64,000 nt of DNA, taken from NCBI RefSeq assembly GCF_009834535.1, contig NC_045697.1, positions 86,244,001-86,308,000 on the forward strand, given 5' to 3'. How positions within the stretch are numbered: position 1 is the first letter of the stretch; every line of letters begins with the position of its first letter. The notes beneath the pieces are model-generated. The model saw nothing but the letters and a program-made list of their open reading frames with translations. It made no database searches and was not told the origin of the DNA. Below are positions 26,448-39,060 of this stretch, one piece after another. Source of the DNA: Camelus ferus (taxonomy: Eukaryota). The position numbers and the translations under genes are program-made.

Positions 26448-29189
26448 GCCCCCAAAACAATTATCAGCAGTCTATATATGTGGTACACCAGGAATGAAAA
26501 GTCAGAAGTCATAGGAGGCTTACAGATGTTCTATAAATATCATTGTATGATTGATTCTAGCTTGGTTTAAATATAAGAATTCAACCCCAGTAATTCTGGC
26601 TCATAGGCACAACAATGAATTCTCTGAGGATAAAATTAATTCCTATATATAAATGAGTTGCTCAGAAATACATTTAATTTGCCTTTTTCCCCACGGGCTA
26701 ATTACTGTTAGCATTTCCTCACCCTCTCCCATAAAAGCACATTGAACAATATCCCAAATTGTGAAAGGAAGAATTAGTATGTGAGATCTCTTTGAAAGTC
26801 CCCACACCACTGATTTTCTTGGCCCATATTTAGCTTCTCATTTAAAAGAAAGTCAGCAGGTTTAGTACCATGTGTGCTGGATTTTATGAGTCTACTTTTT
26901 CAATAATACTAACAACAAAATAATAATTGTAAATATTTCTTTATGTTCCTGAATTTCCTCTTTCTGACCCTAAATGTTAAACAGTTACATCCATCTTTTT
27001 TTCCTCTCTCTTTTTCTAATGGTGATGGAAGAAAAAGCTGCTAAAGTTTATCATTTCAGGTAGCCATGACTTACTTTGCAATTCAGTAAAGGGGTTTGGG
27101 AATAACTGTTTTAAGGGTAAGGATTAAGAACTGGAACCAAGAACACATTCACAAGTTTTATACAAGCTGCTATTTGAAGATGCTGGAAAACATTTTAAAC
27201 CGGAAAATAAAAAGGTGCCTGTAAATTTCGATGCTGTTGCAATGTACCAGTTCAATAGTGCAGGTACCTCTGACTCCCCCTGTTCCCGGGCTTGGTGCTA
27301 GCAATTTGCTTTTCTGTCCAGTCAGTGCACTTTCGTTTTGAGCTGGAGAGAATACTCTGCAATTGTACAGTTCATGCCCTCCAGGCTTTAGTTTCTTCTC
27401 CATTGAAACCCCTTGTATAGAGATCAGTGTCTGCTGGCTGTACCAGTGTTTCTAACAATCACACAGCATTCAGTCTCATCCTTTTCAAGTCCTGAGTGCA
27501 GCATGTTAATGATGAAGAGTAAATTTTCTAGCCTTTCAAGAAATAGCTCGAAATGACACAGCATCATGAGACAAAACTCTAAAAAGCAAAGAAACATTTT
27601 TATGGGCAGTCTATCACCATTGCATTTTAATTTCTTAGCAGCCATAATTTAACCTCTGGTTGCCAGGAAGGAAAGACAAGAACTAGGATATAAATACACT
27701 GGTTCATATATTTTCCTCTTCTAATGTGAGAATTGCCTTTTAATATGTGGTTGAAGTTGTTTTTTTTTTTTTTTTTTTTTAATATAGCTACCATTAAAGA
27801 TTTTCCACACAGGTTTTCAAACTGTTTCTCAAAGCCACAGGTTTTCCATGGTAGTAGCTCAGGGCTGCCAGAATTGGGGCTGTGTGTAAAGGATGCTTTT
27901 TTTTCCCCCTCCTACCCTAGTAGTTTTGCTTTTTATGTTTTACATTTGCATTTCTGCTTAAGATTTACAAGTAAAAAAATGGCTTCTGAGGGGAAGAAAC
28001 TCTAAAATCCCTGAATGATGGAATCATGGAGACATTTATTTTCCTTCAATCAAAGCGAATCATTTTTCCATATTGAGATACAAAATGTCAGGTTTCAGGA
28101 ATGTGTGGAGGATATTTGCCTGGGATCTACTCCCCTTTCCGAGTAGCATCCTGGTTTCCTTTTGGGGAATTAACCTCTCTCCCGCTGAATATGACGCTGG
28201 TGGATGGTGAATCCAGGGACTTCCCTCCACAGGAGCTGAAGGGACCTGATCCTTCCTCTCAAAGCCCCAGGACAGCAAGGGCTGTGCTCCTTCAATCAGA
28301 TGATCTCTAACTCTGGAGGGACACAACAAAGGAACAGGGGCTTTATGCATTTCATCGGTGGCACCCTGATCTGTTAGGAGATCTTGCTAGGGTCCTTCCT
28401 TCTTGTTCTTCCAGAGCTGCCCTGGCGCCTGCGCATTTCCAAGGCAGATTGTTCTGCCTTCTGGCAACTTAGTGGCCCCCTGATAATCCTTTTACTTGCA
28501 TGTGTTTTTTGCAGTGTGTCTTCATTTTCCTTGCTGTGGAGCCAGCCCTTAGACTGCCTTACCACAACCCTCCACTGGAATTTGGCTACTGGCTGATCCT
28601 TGGGATGGGTCTTTCTCTTCTTACAAGGGCTTTGGTGGCCCACTTACTCTCTGTCCCTCTCTTCTTCAGTACATACACCCACTCCTCTCCCTGTTTTTTG
28701 TTTGCTCCTCTGTTATGCTGATATCCACCTGTGTTCCTGATTCTCTACACAGTAGGAGTTACCCCAGCAACCATATGAAACTATGTAGACCTCAGTTGTC
28801 TGGAGAGTCAGGAACACCTGCTACCAAGGTGAAAGCGGAGAAAATCAGAAACAACAGGGATGTCAGGAACCTGGAGTGTCACAACACAGACTGAGAGGCA
28901 ACAGGTATTAGAGAAGGGGTAGGGAAAAGGCACAAAATCCAGACACACAGGGAATTTAGGATCAGGTGCCACTATAATGAGAAATTATTCTGAGGTAATG
29001 TCTAGTTTGCACAGGGGTTCTTTGTGTTCTGCGCCAGAATGGGGATTGCTCTGGTCAGGGTGCTTAATGGCCCCCCACCAAAGAAAACAATATGGATTTT
29101 TATACAAATTCTATTTGTCTTCATGAAGGCAGTCTTCCACTTTATTAACACAATGGAGACAATACGACCTTCTCAATATATTTTTAAAA

Positions 29190-29390
29190 TAATAATAGCT
29201 GTCACTTATTGAGGGCTTACTTTACGCCATGGTGTTTGGTAAAGCGCTTTGAGTAGTAACGAGAATTGAGACTGAGGGAAGTTAAAAAACTTGCCCAAGA
29301 TGACACCCAAAGTAAATGGTAAAGCTGAGATTTGAGCTTATCTTTGTCAACTCAGAGACCATGTTCTTGATCATTGAGCGTCCTTCCTCT
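29190..29390 (-). mobile_element. MIR
   Basis: aataatagctgtcacttattgag...gagactgagggaagttaaaaaacttgcccaagatgacac. Confidence 0.75.
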
Positions 29391-29399
29391 AAATGCCAT

Positions 29400-29940
29400 T
29401 AATTGGATGGGGTTCTGGAAGATACCCGTTAGCTTTGCCTTCCAACTCCAAGCTTCCTACCTGGAACTTAAAGAGGAGTTCAATAAATTCGTGTTGAACA
29501 AACAGGTATGAAGGAGCCTGTTAGCTCAGCGCTAACCCGTTGATCTAACAACGGGCTCAGTGGCCACTGTTTGCCCAGAACGGCACAACTTTCTCCTGGG
29601 AAACGCCCCTTCCTCTACTCCCACCATATGCAAATAGGAGCTGCCTTTTCCCTACAGATCCCACTCTCGTGCCTCCTCTGATTGGCCCCGGTGGCCCTGC
29701 TTAGAGCTGATTGGAACAGATTTGAGCCCAGCAACACAGGCCGAGCCAATCAGAGTCCTCCCCTCTGATCTTTCAACTGGGACCATAGTCTCAGTCTCCT
29801 TCTGGTGGTGAAGCGAGGAGATGTTTGGCGTAAGTGCAGCTGGTGTTTCTACGTTAGGTCTGGGAATTTAAAGTTGATCCGTAGTCAGAAACCGCGTGAA
29901 TCGCGAGAGAGAAACCACGAGGAGCGAAGGAGAGATAGTA
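29400..29940 (+). promoter_or_regulatory. Candidate CpG-retaining promoter (MYB, octamer, GC-box-like and CCAAT motifs; downstream splice donor)
   Basis: 18 CpGs counted in 29521-29940; CCGTTA 29426-29431; inverted pair CCCGTTG 29536-29542 / CAACGGG 29549-29555; ATGCAAAT 29628-29635; ATTGG 29681 and 29710, CCAAT 29746; GTAAGT at 29830. Confidence 0.5.
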
Positions 29941-30062
29941 AGAATGGCAGAGTTTGAGCTCTAGTATCAAGCTGTTCTCAGGTACCGTTTCCATTCTTGC
30001 CTTCACATCCCCTTGCCAACTAGTGGGATTTAGTCGCTTCCCACCAAAATAGTTCTGACCAA
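29560..30062 (+). mobile_element. Old ERVL LTR (LTR16-like)
   Basis: ctgattgg...gagccaatcagagtcctcccct...tttcaactggga and 3' cacttcccaccaaaatagttctgacc-type ending resemble LTR16 family consensus as recalled. Confidence 0.5.
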
Positions 30063-32434
30063 AGTGGTGGGTTTATAAAAGTTCTGACACAGTAAGTTCA
30101 TGCTTATACTGAGAGAAAGGGGAGAATACATTCTGTCTTCTGTCGCTGCATATGCTTCCTTATCTCTAAACTTAGACTCTGCAGCCCTGGAAGAGATGGT
30201 AGTTGTAAGGACTGACGGAGCAGAAAAACAAATTTTTGGAAGCTCACCAATAGCACTCTTGTTCTTTTATATTCTCTCCCGACTGTCAAGACTTTTATAT
30301 TGCAAGGAGGCTTTCCTGACCATTAGGCAGTGAGAAATAAGTTTTTATAGTATCACATATTTCTGCAGAGATAGCTGGTAATAAAGCTTTTATTCTGAAG
30401 AATTTGGGGGCACATAAATTAAGGTTTTTTGCCACCCTGGACATGAGGAAGTGAGCTGAATTTAATTTAATTCATCATTAAATTATTCTGTAATAATAAT
30501 TAAATAATTACTATAATATTACTATTAATTATTGATTTGTATAATGGGTAAATTATGAGATACTTCTTTACCTTACAAACAATACATCTGCAAAGATTTG
30601 GTTTCAGGGTATAAAACACTGCCCTGACAATTTACCAAATCTCCTTTTATGGGGAAACCAGAGATCTTAGTGAGTCCACACATATTTCAATTCACACACA
30701 ACTTAATAAAAAACATACTTGTTACATGAAGCTAGGCTGCCAAGTACAGGTGTATAGTTTGTGCACTGCCCAATGACACCTGACTTGGAGCACAAATGGG
30801 AGCCAAAATCCAGCCCACACTTTTTACCCTGAGCCGTGTGCCCATGAGGCTGCCAGCACTTACTCAATAGCACCAAAAAGGCCAGCAGTGGCCCTACCAA
30901 AAGCAAAGCAACCTGCCTGGGACATTGAACTCCTTTGAAAGAAAGAGGCATTCTTCTGAAACACAGAATAGATAATGACAGAAGTAACATTTTTCCCTGT
31001 AAAATTTAAGCACATAAATGCCCGGTAAGTGCTTGTTAAACTAAATGAACACCTTATCCAATAAGAAAGGTAATGATTTCCTTGATAATATGTCAAAAGG
31101 AAAGTGATAGCAAATGCCTTAAATTACACGTTCTTCTTTCTTTTCTAGCTCATTTCTTCCTTATAGTTGTTTGTTGGTCCACTCTACTCAACAGCATGAG
31201 GATTGATGACAACCTTATTGTATCCCTTCTCTTGTCAAGTAGGGACACCAGGAGACTGAACACTTATTTTAACTTTAAAAACATTTCTTGTTGATTATCC
31301 ATGCTTCCCTCCTCCGTCTCTATTCTCATAGCTGCCCTGATCCTCCTGGAACACGGGAACACATGACTGATGGGGAAGTAACCCCAGTGAGTTGTGTAAT
31401 CACACCCTCATCACTGGGGTTTCGGTTTATCAGCATTGACAATAAATTCCTCTCTGTGGCTCACCATAGTTTGCTTTTTTATACCACAGAAGGGGCTTGG
31501 ACATGCTTACAGTGCTTTCTATAAATAACAGCCACACATTCCAGCTTTCAAAGGAGCACATTTTGCTAAACATAGACTGTAGACACAAGCAATCCCTGTT
31601 TTTCTTGCTGTATATCATGGGTGCTTATTCAGGTTCAGTTTTCCTTATAACATCTCAGCTTGGCCTTGGTTATTTTGGGTCCTTCCCCAGAGGTCACCAC
31701 ATGACTTCTAGTGTCTCATACTTAATACCCAGGCCAGTAGTATCTGCAGTCCTGGGATCCTGGAGCCTCACAGCTGCAATCACCATTAACTGGAAAGGCC
31801 ACAGTCTCTTAAATAGTCTCACGGATATTCCAGTTCAACAACCAGAAGTTTGGGAGTCTCTTGGTAATTACAAGAGCCATAAGCCATTTGGAAGCTGAGG
31901 TCTGGATATTGCTGACCTAGAGCTTCCCTGGCCGAGGCAGGAAGACAGACAGCCTGGCACAAATAGCTAGAATTAGCCCAAGGGCTCTATGGACTATGTG
32001 ACTAACACAAAAGGCTGATAGTGCGATTTACTCAGCTCTCTCAGCCAGTGCCAGCCTATAGGATAACACTTTTTTTTTTCAAATCAATTCAGTGCTAAGC
32101 TATATGTGACTGTTGGCCACACTCTTTTTGAAGATGAAGATGGGGCTTCTCATTGATTACTCCAGAGCTAAATGGTTCATTTATGGGCAGATGACCATAG
32201 GGCTTTATCTTATGGCTTATAGCCTGTAGCCAAGCCCAAGCAGACCATTGGGTGACTCTCTCCACCCCCTCAACAGAAATTATGGGCCATAATGAAAGCC
32301 AATCACAAAATTCTTTTGCCTCCTCTTACCTTACATTGAGAGAGAAATTCCCTTCTTCACTACTTTTTGTGGAAATAAAGGCAAGCAAGCCTGATTTCTA
32401 AACAAAGGGGTATCTTTTTGAGTCTTTTAAAATT

Positions 32435-32690
32435 CTTATTTTTTTATTGAAATGTAGTTGATTTATGTTAGTTTCAGGTGTACAGCAAAGTGATTCAGTT
32501 ATACATATACATACATACATATATTTTCAGATTCTTTTCGATTATAGGTTACTATAAGAAATTGAATACAGTTCCCTGTGCTACATAGTGGTCCTTGTTG
32601 TTTATCTATTTTATATATAGTAATATGTGTCTGTTAATCTCAAACTCCTAATCTATCCCTCCCCTACTTTCTCCCCAGTGTAACCACAGT
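32435..32690 (-). mobile_element. Artiodactyl-type L1 3' end
   Basis: tttttattgaaatgtagttg...caggtgtacagcaaagtgattcagttatacat...gaatacagttccctgtgcta. Confidence 0.85.
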
Positions 32691-33337
32691 TTTAAACAAA
32701 GGGATTTTAAGGAGAGGCTTTGCTGAAGGCACAAGTTCTCCTATTGCAGAAGTGCAGCCTGGCTTGGGGAGGTGGTACACAGACCTTGCTTAAGAACAAC
32801 AGGCAATATCTGAATCAGGAAAAATCTTTACCTGTCAGTATCATAGGGTTTTAGGTTAGGTTCCTTATAGGGGATTTTCCTGAGGGCATCTCATCATGAT
32901 TCCTACAAACTTGTTCTGAAAACTATAATGTGTGGATACAAGTATGTATGTAGCACTGAGGAAGTGCTGGTTCTCTTCTTAATAGTTCAGGATCCATGCA
33001 CAATCCCAAGCAGGGTAACTCAGAGGAGTTTCGTGGGGGTCCTATTTATAAAAGCATAGACTGGGTACAGGGAGAACCACTGGGGGTGAAAAGTACCCTG
33101 GAGCTAGCAACAGCAGGGCCCATTATCAACCTTGGACCTGAGAGGCAGAGGGAGGGATGGTTAAAGGACATGGACTGAGAGCTACAGCCTTCGGGAGGCA
33201 AGCAGCAGCTGCCGGTGGAGCCCAGCACTCTCTCCCACCTTCTGATTGGCAGCACCTCCTCCTGTTTACCTCCCGCTGGCCACTTTCTAACAGTAAGGAA
33301 GCCCACTGATGCCATTTATAAAGATCTATAAAGCAAG

Positions 33338-33812
33338 TATATTGGACTCCTAGGGCTGTTGTAACAAAGTACCCCAAACCTAAGAAGGAAAGGTGGTTTA
33401 GAACAACAGAAGTTTATCGTTTCACAGTTCTGGAGGCTAGCATCTAAAACCAAGGTATCAGCAAAGCCATGCTCCCTCTAGAAATTTTAGAGAAATCCTT
33501 CCTTGCTTCCTTCTGGATGCTGATGATTTTCCAGCAATCTTTGGCATTTCTTGGCTTGTAGAGTCATCTCTCCAATCCTCCGTCTTCAAGTGCCGTTGGT
33601 TCCATGTTGATTCCTGTATCTCTGTCTTCATGCGTCCTGCGGATAAGGACACCAGGCATGTTGGTAGAGGCCCACCCTACTCCAGTACGACCTCATCATA
33701 ACCAGGTACATCTGTAACAATGCTATTTCCAGATAAGGTCACATTCTGAGGTACTCAGGATTAGGACTTCAACGTATCTTTTTTGGTGAGGACACAATTC
33801 AACCTCTGACGG
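33338..33812 (-). mobile_element. MaLR solo LTR (MLT1B/C/D-like)
   Basis: ctagggctgttgtaacaaagtacc...tttccagataaggtcacattctgaggtact...gacacaattcaacc. Confidence 0.85.
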
Positions 33813-33949
33813 TCATCCTTCCAGGTGGGGAAGAGTGAAGAGCTGACGTAGAGGAACAAGCAGAGGAGCAGCAGCATACTCTGCTTTCACCATGTCCTCC
33901 ACCTCTCTTCTTAAGCTTCTAGGTCATTATTTCCCCACTTCAATTCACT

Positions 33950-34440
33950 TTTCATTAAAGTGTAAGATATATACAGAACAGCATACAAGTAACAAGGGCA
34001 TAGCTTGAGGAATTTCTGCAAATTCAATGCACATTGTAAGCAGCATTTGGGTCAAGAAACAATATTAGTTTCCACAGAAATCAGCTTCCACAGAAGCCCC
34101 GTTCATCCCCTCCTGCTCTCTTCCAGTCACTGCTTTCCGTTAAGGATAACCATCAGTCTGACACCATAGATTCAGGTGGCCTGTTTTTGAACTTCACATA
34201 AGTGGAATCACACAGTATGTACTCCTTTTGTGTCTGGCACTTTTCATACGACGTTGCGTTTCTGAACATCACCGGTGTTGTTGTGTGTAGTTGTAATTCA
34301 TTCATTCTCATTCCAGTAGGTGATCATACCACACTTTATTTACCCCTTCTACTGTTGATGGGCACATGGATAGATTCCAACCAGGGGATCTGATGAATAA
34401 TGTTGCTATGAACATCCTTGAAGCTATCTCTTGGTGAAAG
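33950..34440 (-). mobile_element. Old L1M 3' end
   Basis: gaacttcacataagtggaatcacacagtatgtactccttttgtgtctggc...ctgttgatgggcacatgg...gctatgaacatcc. Confidence 0.75.
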
Positions 34441-36730
34441 CCTTTGGTGATAAATGTTTATGCTTGTAACTTTTTGACACACATCCCCTGGAAAGTCTTG
34501 CTCACTCCCTAGTCAGAATTATTGTGTCCTCGTTGGTGTTCTCAAAGTGAGCCCTTACCACAATATATAGAGGTGCCTGTCTCCCCCTCTACTCAATAAC
34601 CCTTCTGTAAGTCTGTGAGTTTTGAGGAGGTAAAGATGGTGCCTAACCAGTCTTGTGAGTGAGTGAGTGAAAAAAAAAATGAATGAATAAGGAGGGAACA
34701 GGCACCATGAATCAGGATTACAGGATGGGGTAGGGCACGTGGACAGAGTCAGCTCATCTTCAGGAGTCTGACATATTGGCATCATCTTATGTTTCACCTT
34801 CTGGCTTCTACCTCTTTTTCCTTAAGGTCTTGTCACCACTCCCTCCCCACTGCTTCACTCTGGACTTAGGTGTCTCTGAGGAGGTGGTTTCTCCTCTTTA
34901 GCAGTGTCTTCACTACACAGATTCTTCTGGCCACGGACTTCAGGCATATTGGGCATCCTTCTAATGCTCTCATCTCTATTTTAAGCCTTCTTTTTCTAGT
35001 TCTTTCCCTTTGATATTTAGATATAATTTTTCTTTACCATGAAATATTGTTTCTATACTCTATTACTATTTGAAATTTCTATATTTCGATTACTACATGA
35101 AATAGTCTTATTTTCTGAATCAATGATTTTCATATTTTGTTTCCATCCCATCTTTTCTCTAAATCTGCAGAATTCTCCATGAATGTCAAGGTCTCTACAT
35201 TTTCCTGAGACTTTAGGCTGTCAACACTGGAGTGCCTCTTAGTTACTGCCTCTCTGTCCTGTTCTCATCTTTCTTTCCTTCTTACTCAATCAGCTGCCGA
35301 CTCGTTCAGTACTTTCCCATTAATACCATTCTTAATAATGCCACAGTCACCACATTAACTAATGTCCTACTCACCTTACACATATTAGCTGGTCTCCTTA
35401 GCTGCAGTCTCCCCCATTTCAGTTTATTCTTTACCTACAGAATAATTTTTATCACCTGCTCATGAAATGAAGGAGGCTTCCAATCATCAATCAGAATCCA
35501 GCTTACTTCTGTCCAATCACACTTCTCCTTACTTAGCCTCATATCGGCCCCCACCCGTGTAGAACCAGCTTCTCATCTCTTTCCAGTTGCCATCATCATG
35601 CTTTTGATGTCTCCTCATTTGACAAGAGCTCTACACTTTTATGACATAAAATGGACTGGATCCTGAATTGGCCTTCCAATGACAAAACAGAGACAATCTC
35701 AAAACATGAGGCAGGAGGGATACTTTGATAGCGTTTGCTATTTTGATAGCATTATTATCCTTAATTTATAAAACTTCTCAAACTTAGAATTCAGCTGGTC
35801 AAACCTGTTGTTTTGCAACCTTACAAAATATGTACTAACACTACAACCTCGGCTTTACACATAAACATATTCCCATAATTAGATGACAAATTGAGTTTTA
35901 ATCATATCAGTCATTTATAAATTATATGGGCTACAGGCTGATTAATGGCCCTAATTAGTAAGTGAAGAAATATGTAGGAAATTAAGTCATTTAACAGTGT
36001 CTAAGCAGGTAATCATTTGGTAGAAAAGTCTTAGCTAGCCTAACAACTATATAAAATAACACATCACATGTTTTTGCAAAATTATTTCATTATTAAAAAT
36101 CAAGGTTAGAACTCAGAGTGTTCTCTTTTGTCATGAATACATTTCAAGTTTTACAGCAGAAACAAGAGACTGCTTTTATTATACTATTTATGGTAGCCAA
36201 TTATCTCTTTATAAAAGGAGGTTTCATATAACCTATTTTAGGAAAAACAGTTAAGAGGCTATTTTAGTGTTCAGTGTCCAGAGATTTTGCTACTTCATTT
36301 CATATCATAGTTATATGTTGTAGTCAGAGTGGGTGTTTTGTGCATGGTTTTATTCAGAGGAAGTTACTGAAATTCAGAGAGGATATTAATCCCTGCCAGT
36401 CACCAATATGAATATAGCTCAAGATTGGTCAATGATTCCTTGTACTATTTCTAGGGATAGATTAGAATAGAGCCTGGTGGGAGCAGGGCTGGCTGGGGGC
36501 AACTTGGAGACAGTAACTTTACTTCATGAACACTGGGAAAAAAATTTAGTATGTGCACATTTGCTATTACTCAATTTTGTAGCCAAGCATTGCTTCTTGG
36601 ATTTCTTGTCTTGTCAATGAAGCCAAAGATGTTCCAGTTTTCATAGATGCTGTCAGTTTGATTCCTGATTTATCTAAAATTCATTCTAATAATCTCTATC
36701 CTAATGTTGGCCTCAGCTGAACTAATTCTT

Positions 36731-37699
36731 CTTTTTTTTTGTATATATATTTTTTATTGAAGTGTAGTCAGTTTACAATGTTGTGTCAATTCCTGGTGTA
36801 CAGCACAATGCTTCAATCATACATAAACATACATATATTTGTTTTCATATTCTTTTTCACCATAAGTTACTAAAAGATATTGAATATAGTTCCCCATGCT
36901 ATACAGTATAAACTTGTTATATATATTTGTTAGTATCTGCAAACTTCAAACTCCCAATTTATCCCTACTCCCCCACCCCAGTAACCATAAGTTTATTTTC
37001 TATGTCTGTAAGTCTGTGTCTGTTTTGTAAAGAAGTTCATTTGTCTTTTTTTTTTTTTTCAGATTCTACATATAAGTGATATTATATGGTATTTTTCTTT
37101 CTCTTTCTGGCTTATTTCACTTAGAATGACAATCTCCAGGTCCATCCATGTTGCTGTAAATGGCATTTTTAAAATTATTTTTAATGGCTGAATAGTATTC
37201 CATTGTAGAAATATACCAAAGTTCCTTTATCCAGTCATCTGTCAAAGGACATTTAGGTTGTTTCCGTTGTCTTGGCTATTGTAAATAGTGCTGCTATGAA
37301 CATTGGGGTGCATGTATCTTTTTGAATTAAGATTCCCTCTGGATATATGACTAGGAGTGGGATTGCTGGATCATATGGTAAGTCTATTTTTAGTTTTTTG
37401 AGGAATCTCCATACTGTTTTCCATAATGGCTGCATCAAACTAAATTCCTACTAACAGTGTAGGAGGGTTCCCTTTTCTCCACACCCTCTCCAGCATTTAT
37501 CGTTTGTGAACTTTTGAATGGTGGCCATTCTGACTGGTGTGAGGTGATACTTCATTGTAGTTTTGATTTGCATTTCTCTAATAATTAGCCATATTGAACA
37601 TTTTTTCATGTGCCTATTGGCCATTTGTATGTCTTCACTGGAGAATTGTTTGTTTAGGTCTTTTGCCTATTTTTGGATTGGGTTGTTTGTGTTTTTGTT
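36731..37699 (-). mobile_element. 5'-truncated L1 (3' UTR plus ORF2 C-terminus)
   Basis: Poly(T) start; ORF 37253..37438(-) [27 protein letters not shown]...[17 protein letters not shown] is classic L1 ORF2 C-terminal sequence; degenerate TSD tgaa..a.ttcttctt. Confidence 0.95.
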
Positions 37700-38459
37700 T
37701 GAATCAGTTCTTCTTGAATGTCTTATCTTGAGTCAGAGAGGTTACATTAGAGTTGAAGTATAGTAGCCATGAACGCATGAGTCCATGCTAAGCTGGTTTA
37801 GGGAAAACGAGGTTGGCTTTCTGAGTATTAAGATGATTGTTCACAGAATCTTGTCTCAACTGAAATTTCTCCATGTGAATGTGTTACAAGTTGAAATTTT
37901 AGCTGAAGAATTGAAATATTCTCCTACACTACCATACAAAATTCTCCCTCCTTATTAAAAAATGCACTGTAATGTAACTGCCTTATTGGCTTATTAACAG
38001 AGATGTTATCTAAAAAAATTTATAAGCAATGTATTGTCATGCAAACAATAATTATTATTACAACTCTTAACAAGTCAGAACCTCATGGCCAAGATCGTGA
38101 AATGACAGTTCGTATAAGGTATCATGCATAAATAAACACACAAAAAGCCCAGCAGTGTTTAGCAATGTTTCCCCAATTAAGGACACAATGTAATGTCTAT
38201 AAACAGAGTCCTGGGCCTTCTAGGTTATTTATAAAGTCTGTTTCAGATTGTGATAAAGATACTTCTCAATTTCTGGAGCCTAAATCTCTCAGGACTTGTC
38301 CTTTTATTAATCATTTACAGTGTATATGGTGTGTTCTAATGGGTATGCATTCCATCTGACATACTGCTGTAGCCAAAATACTCTAAAAATGTCAATGTAT
38401 ATTTATATTCTCTAGAAGTTGTTCAATGTAAGCATGGACCTAGTTTAGAACCTCCAACT

Positions 38460-39060
38460 TTTGTAGATCAACTCACCAAAAATCAATACTTTGCAAGACA
38501 AGATTCAACTAATTGAATGACCAATTTGCCAAAATCTACTAATTTAGCAAAAATGGTTTTAATATTTGAAAAGGAATATTCAGTTTTAGTTACTGATGAT
38601 AAAAACATACAAAATTAATGCTGATATGTCATTTAAAGAATTGGCCAAAAAAAGAAAAATCTAAAAATGCATAGAGTTTGAAGAAACAGAAACTATTACC
38701 CCCAAAAAGTAGTCAAAATAATTCCAGTACCTATAAAATGCTAAAAAATTTTGGTTCAAACAAGGGGCAAGTGGAATATGTAGACTTTGTGGCAATTTAT
38801 TGAAGGGCTTGATATAAAAACCTTACAAAGCATTTGAAGACCCAGAAGGATGTCCAGAGGGAGTACTACAGTGGTCCATGTGATTAGTGTGGATAGAGAA
38901 ATAAATGAACTAGAATGTGATGGGAAAAACCACATCACCTCTAATGTTGACTACTAGTCATTAAGGAAGTGTTGAAGGTTGATATGCTACTTGAGAAGTG
39001 GGCAAAATATATTTAAAATATTACATGATTAGGAAACTGTAAAATGACGTTAAATGAGAT
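38460..39060 (+). mobile_element. Possible ancient hAT-like DNA transposon fossil with BED zinc-finger remnant
   Basis: 38749-38845 reads FWFKQGASGICRLCGNLLKG then, after a frameshift, NLTKHLKTQ; short reiterated ccaaaa/gccaaaa motifs upstream. Confidence 0.3.

Noticed and set aside
26299..26514. Poly-isoleucine ORF
   Set aside because: Artefact of the (ATT)n(ATC)n microsatellite
30170..30205. Micro-exon-like ttag|actctgcagccctggaagagatg|gtagtt
   Set aside because: Weak donor, only ~23 nt, no supporting context
37253..37438. ORF with a real protein motif (QPLWKTVW...)
   Set aside because: Fragment of L1 ORF2 in a truncated, non-functional copy; not a host gene
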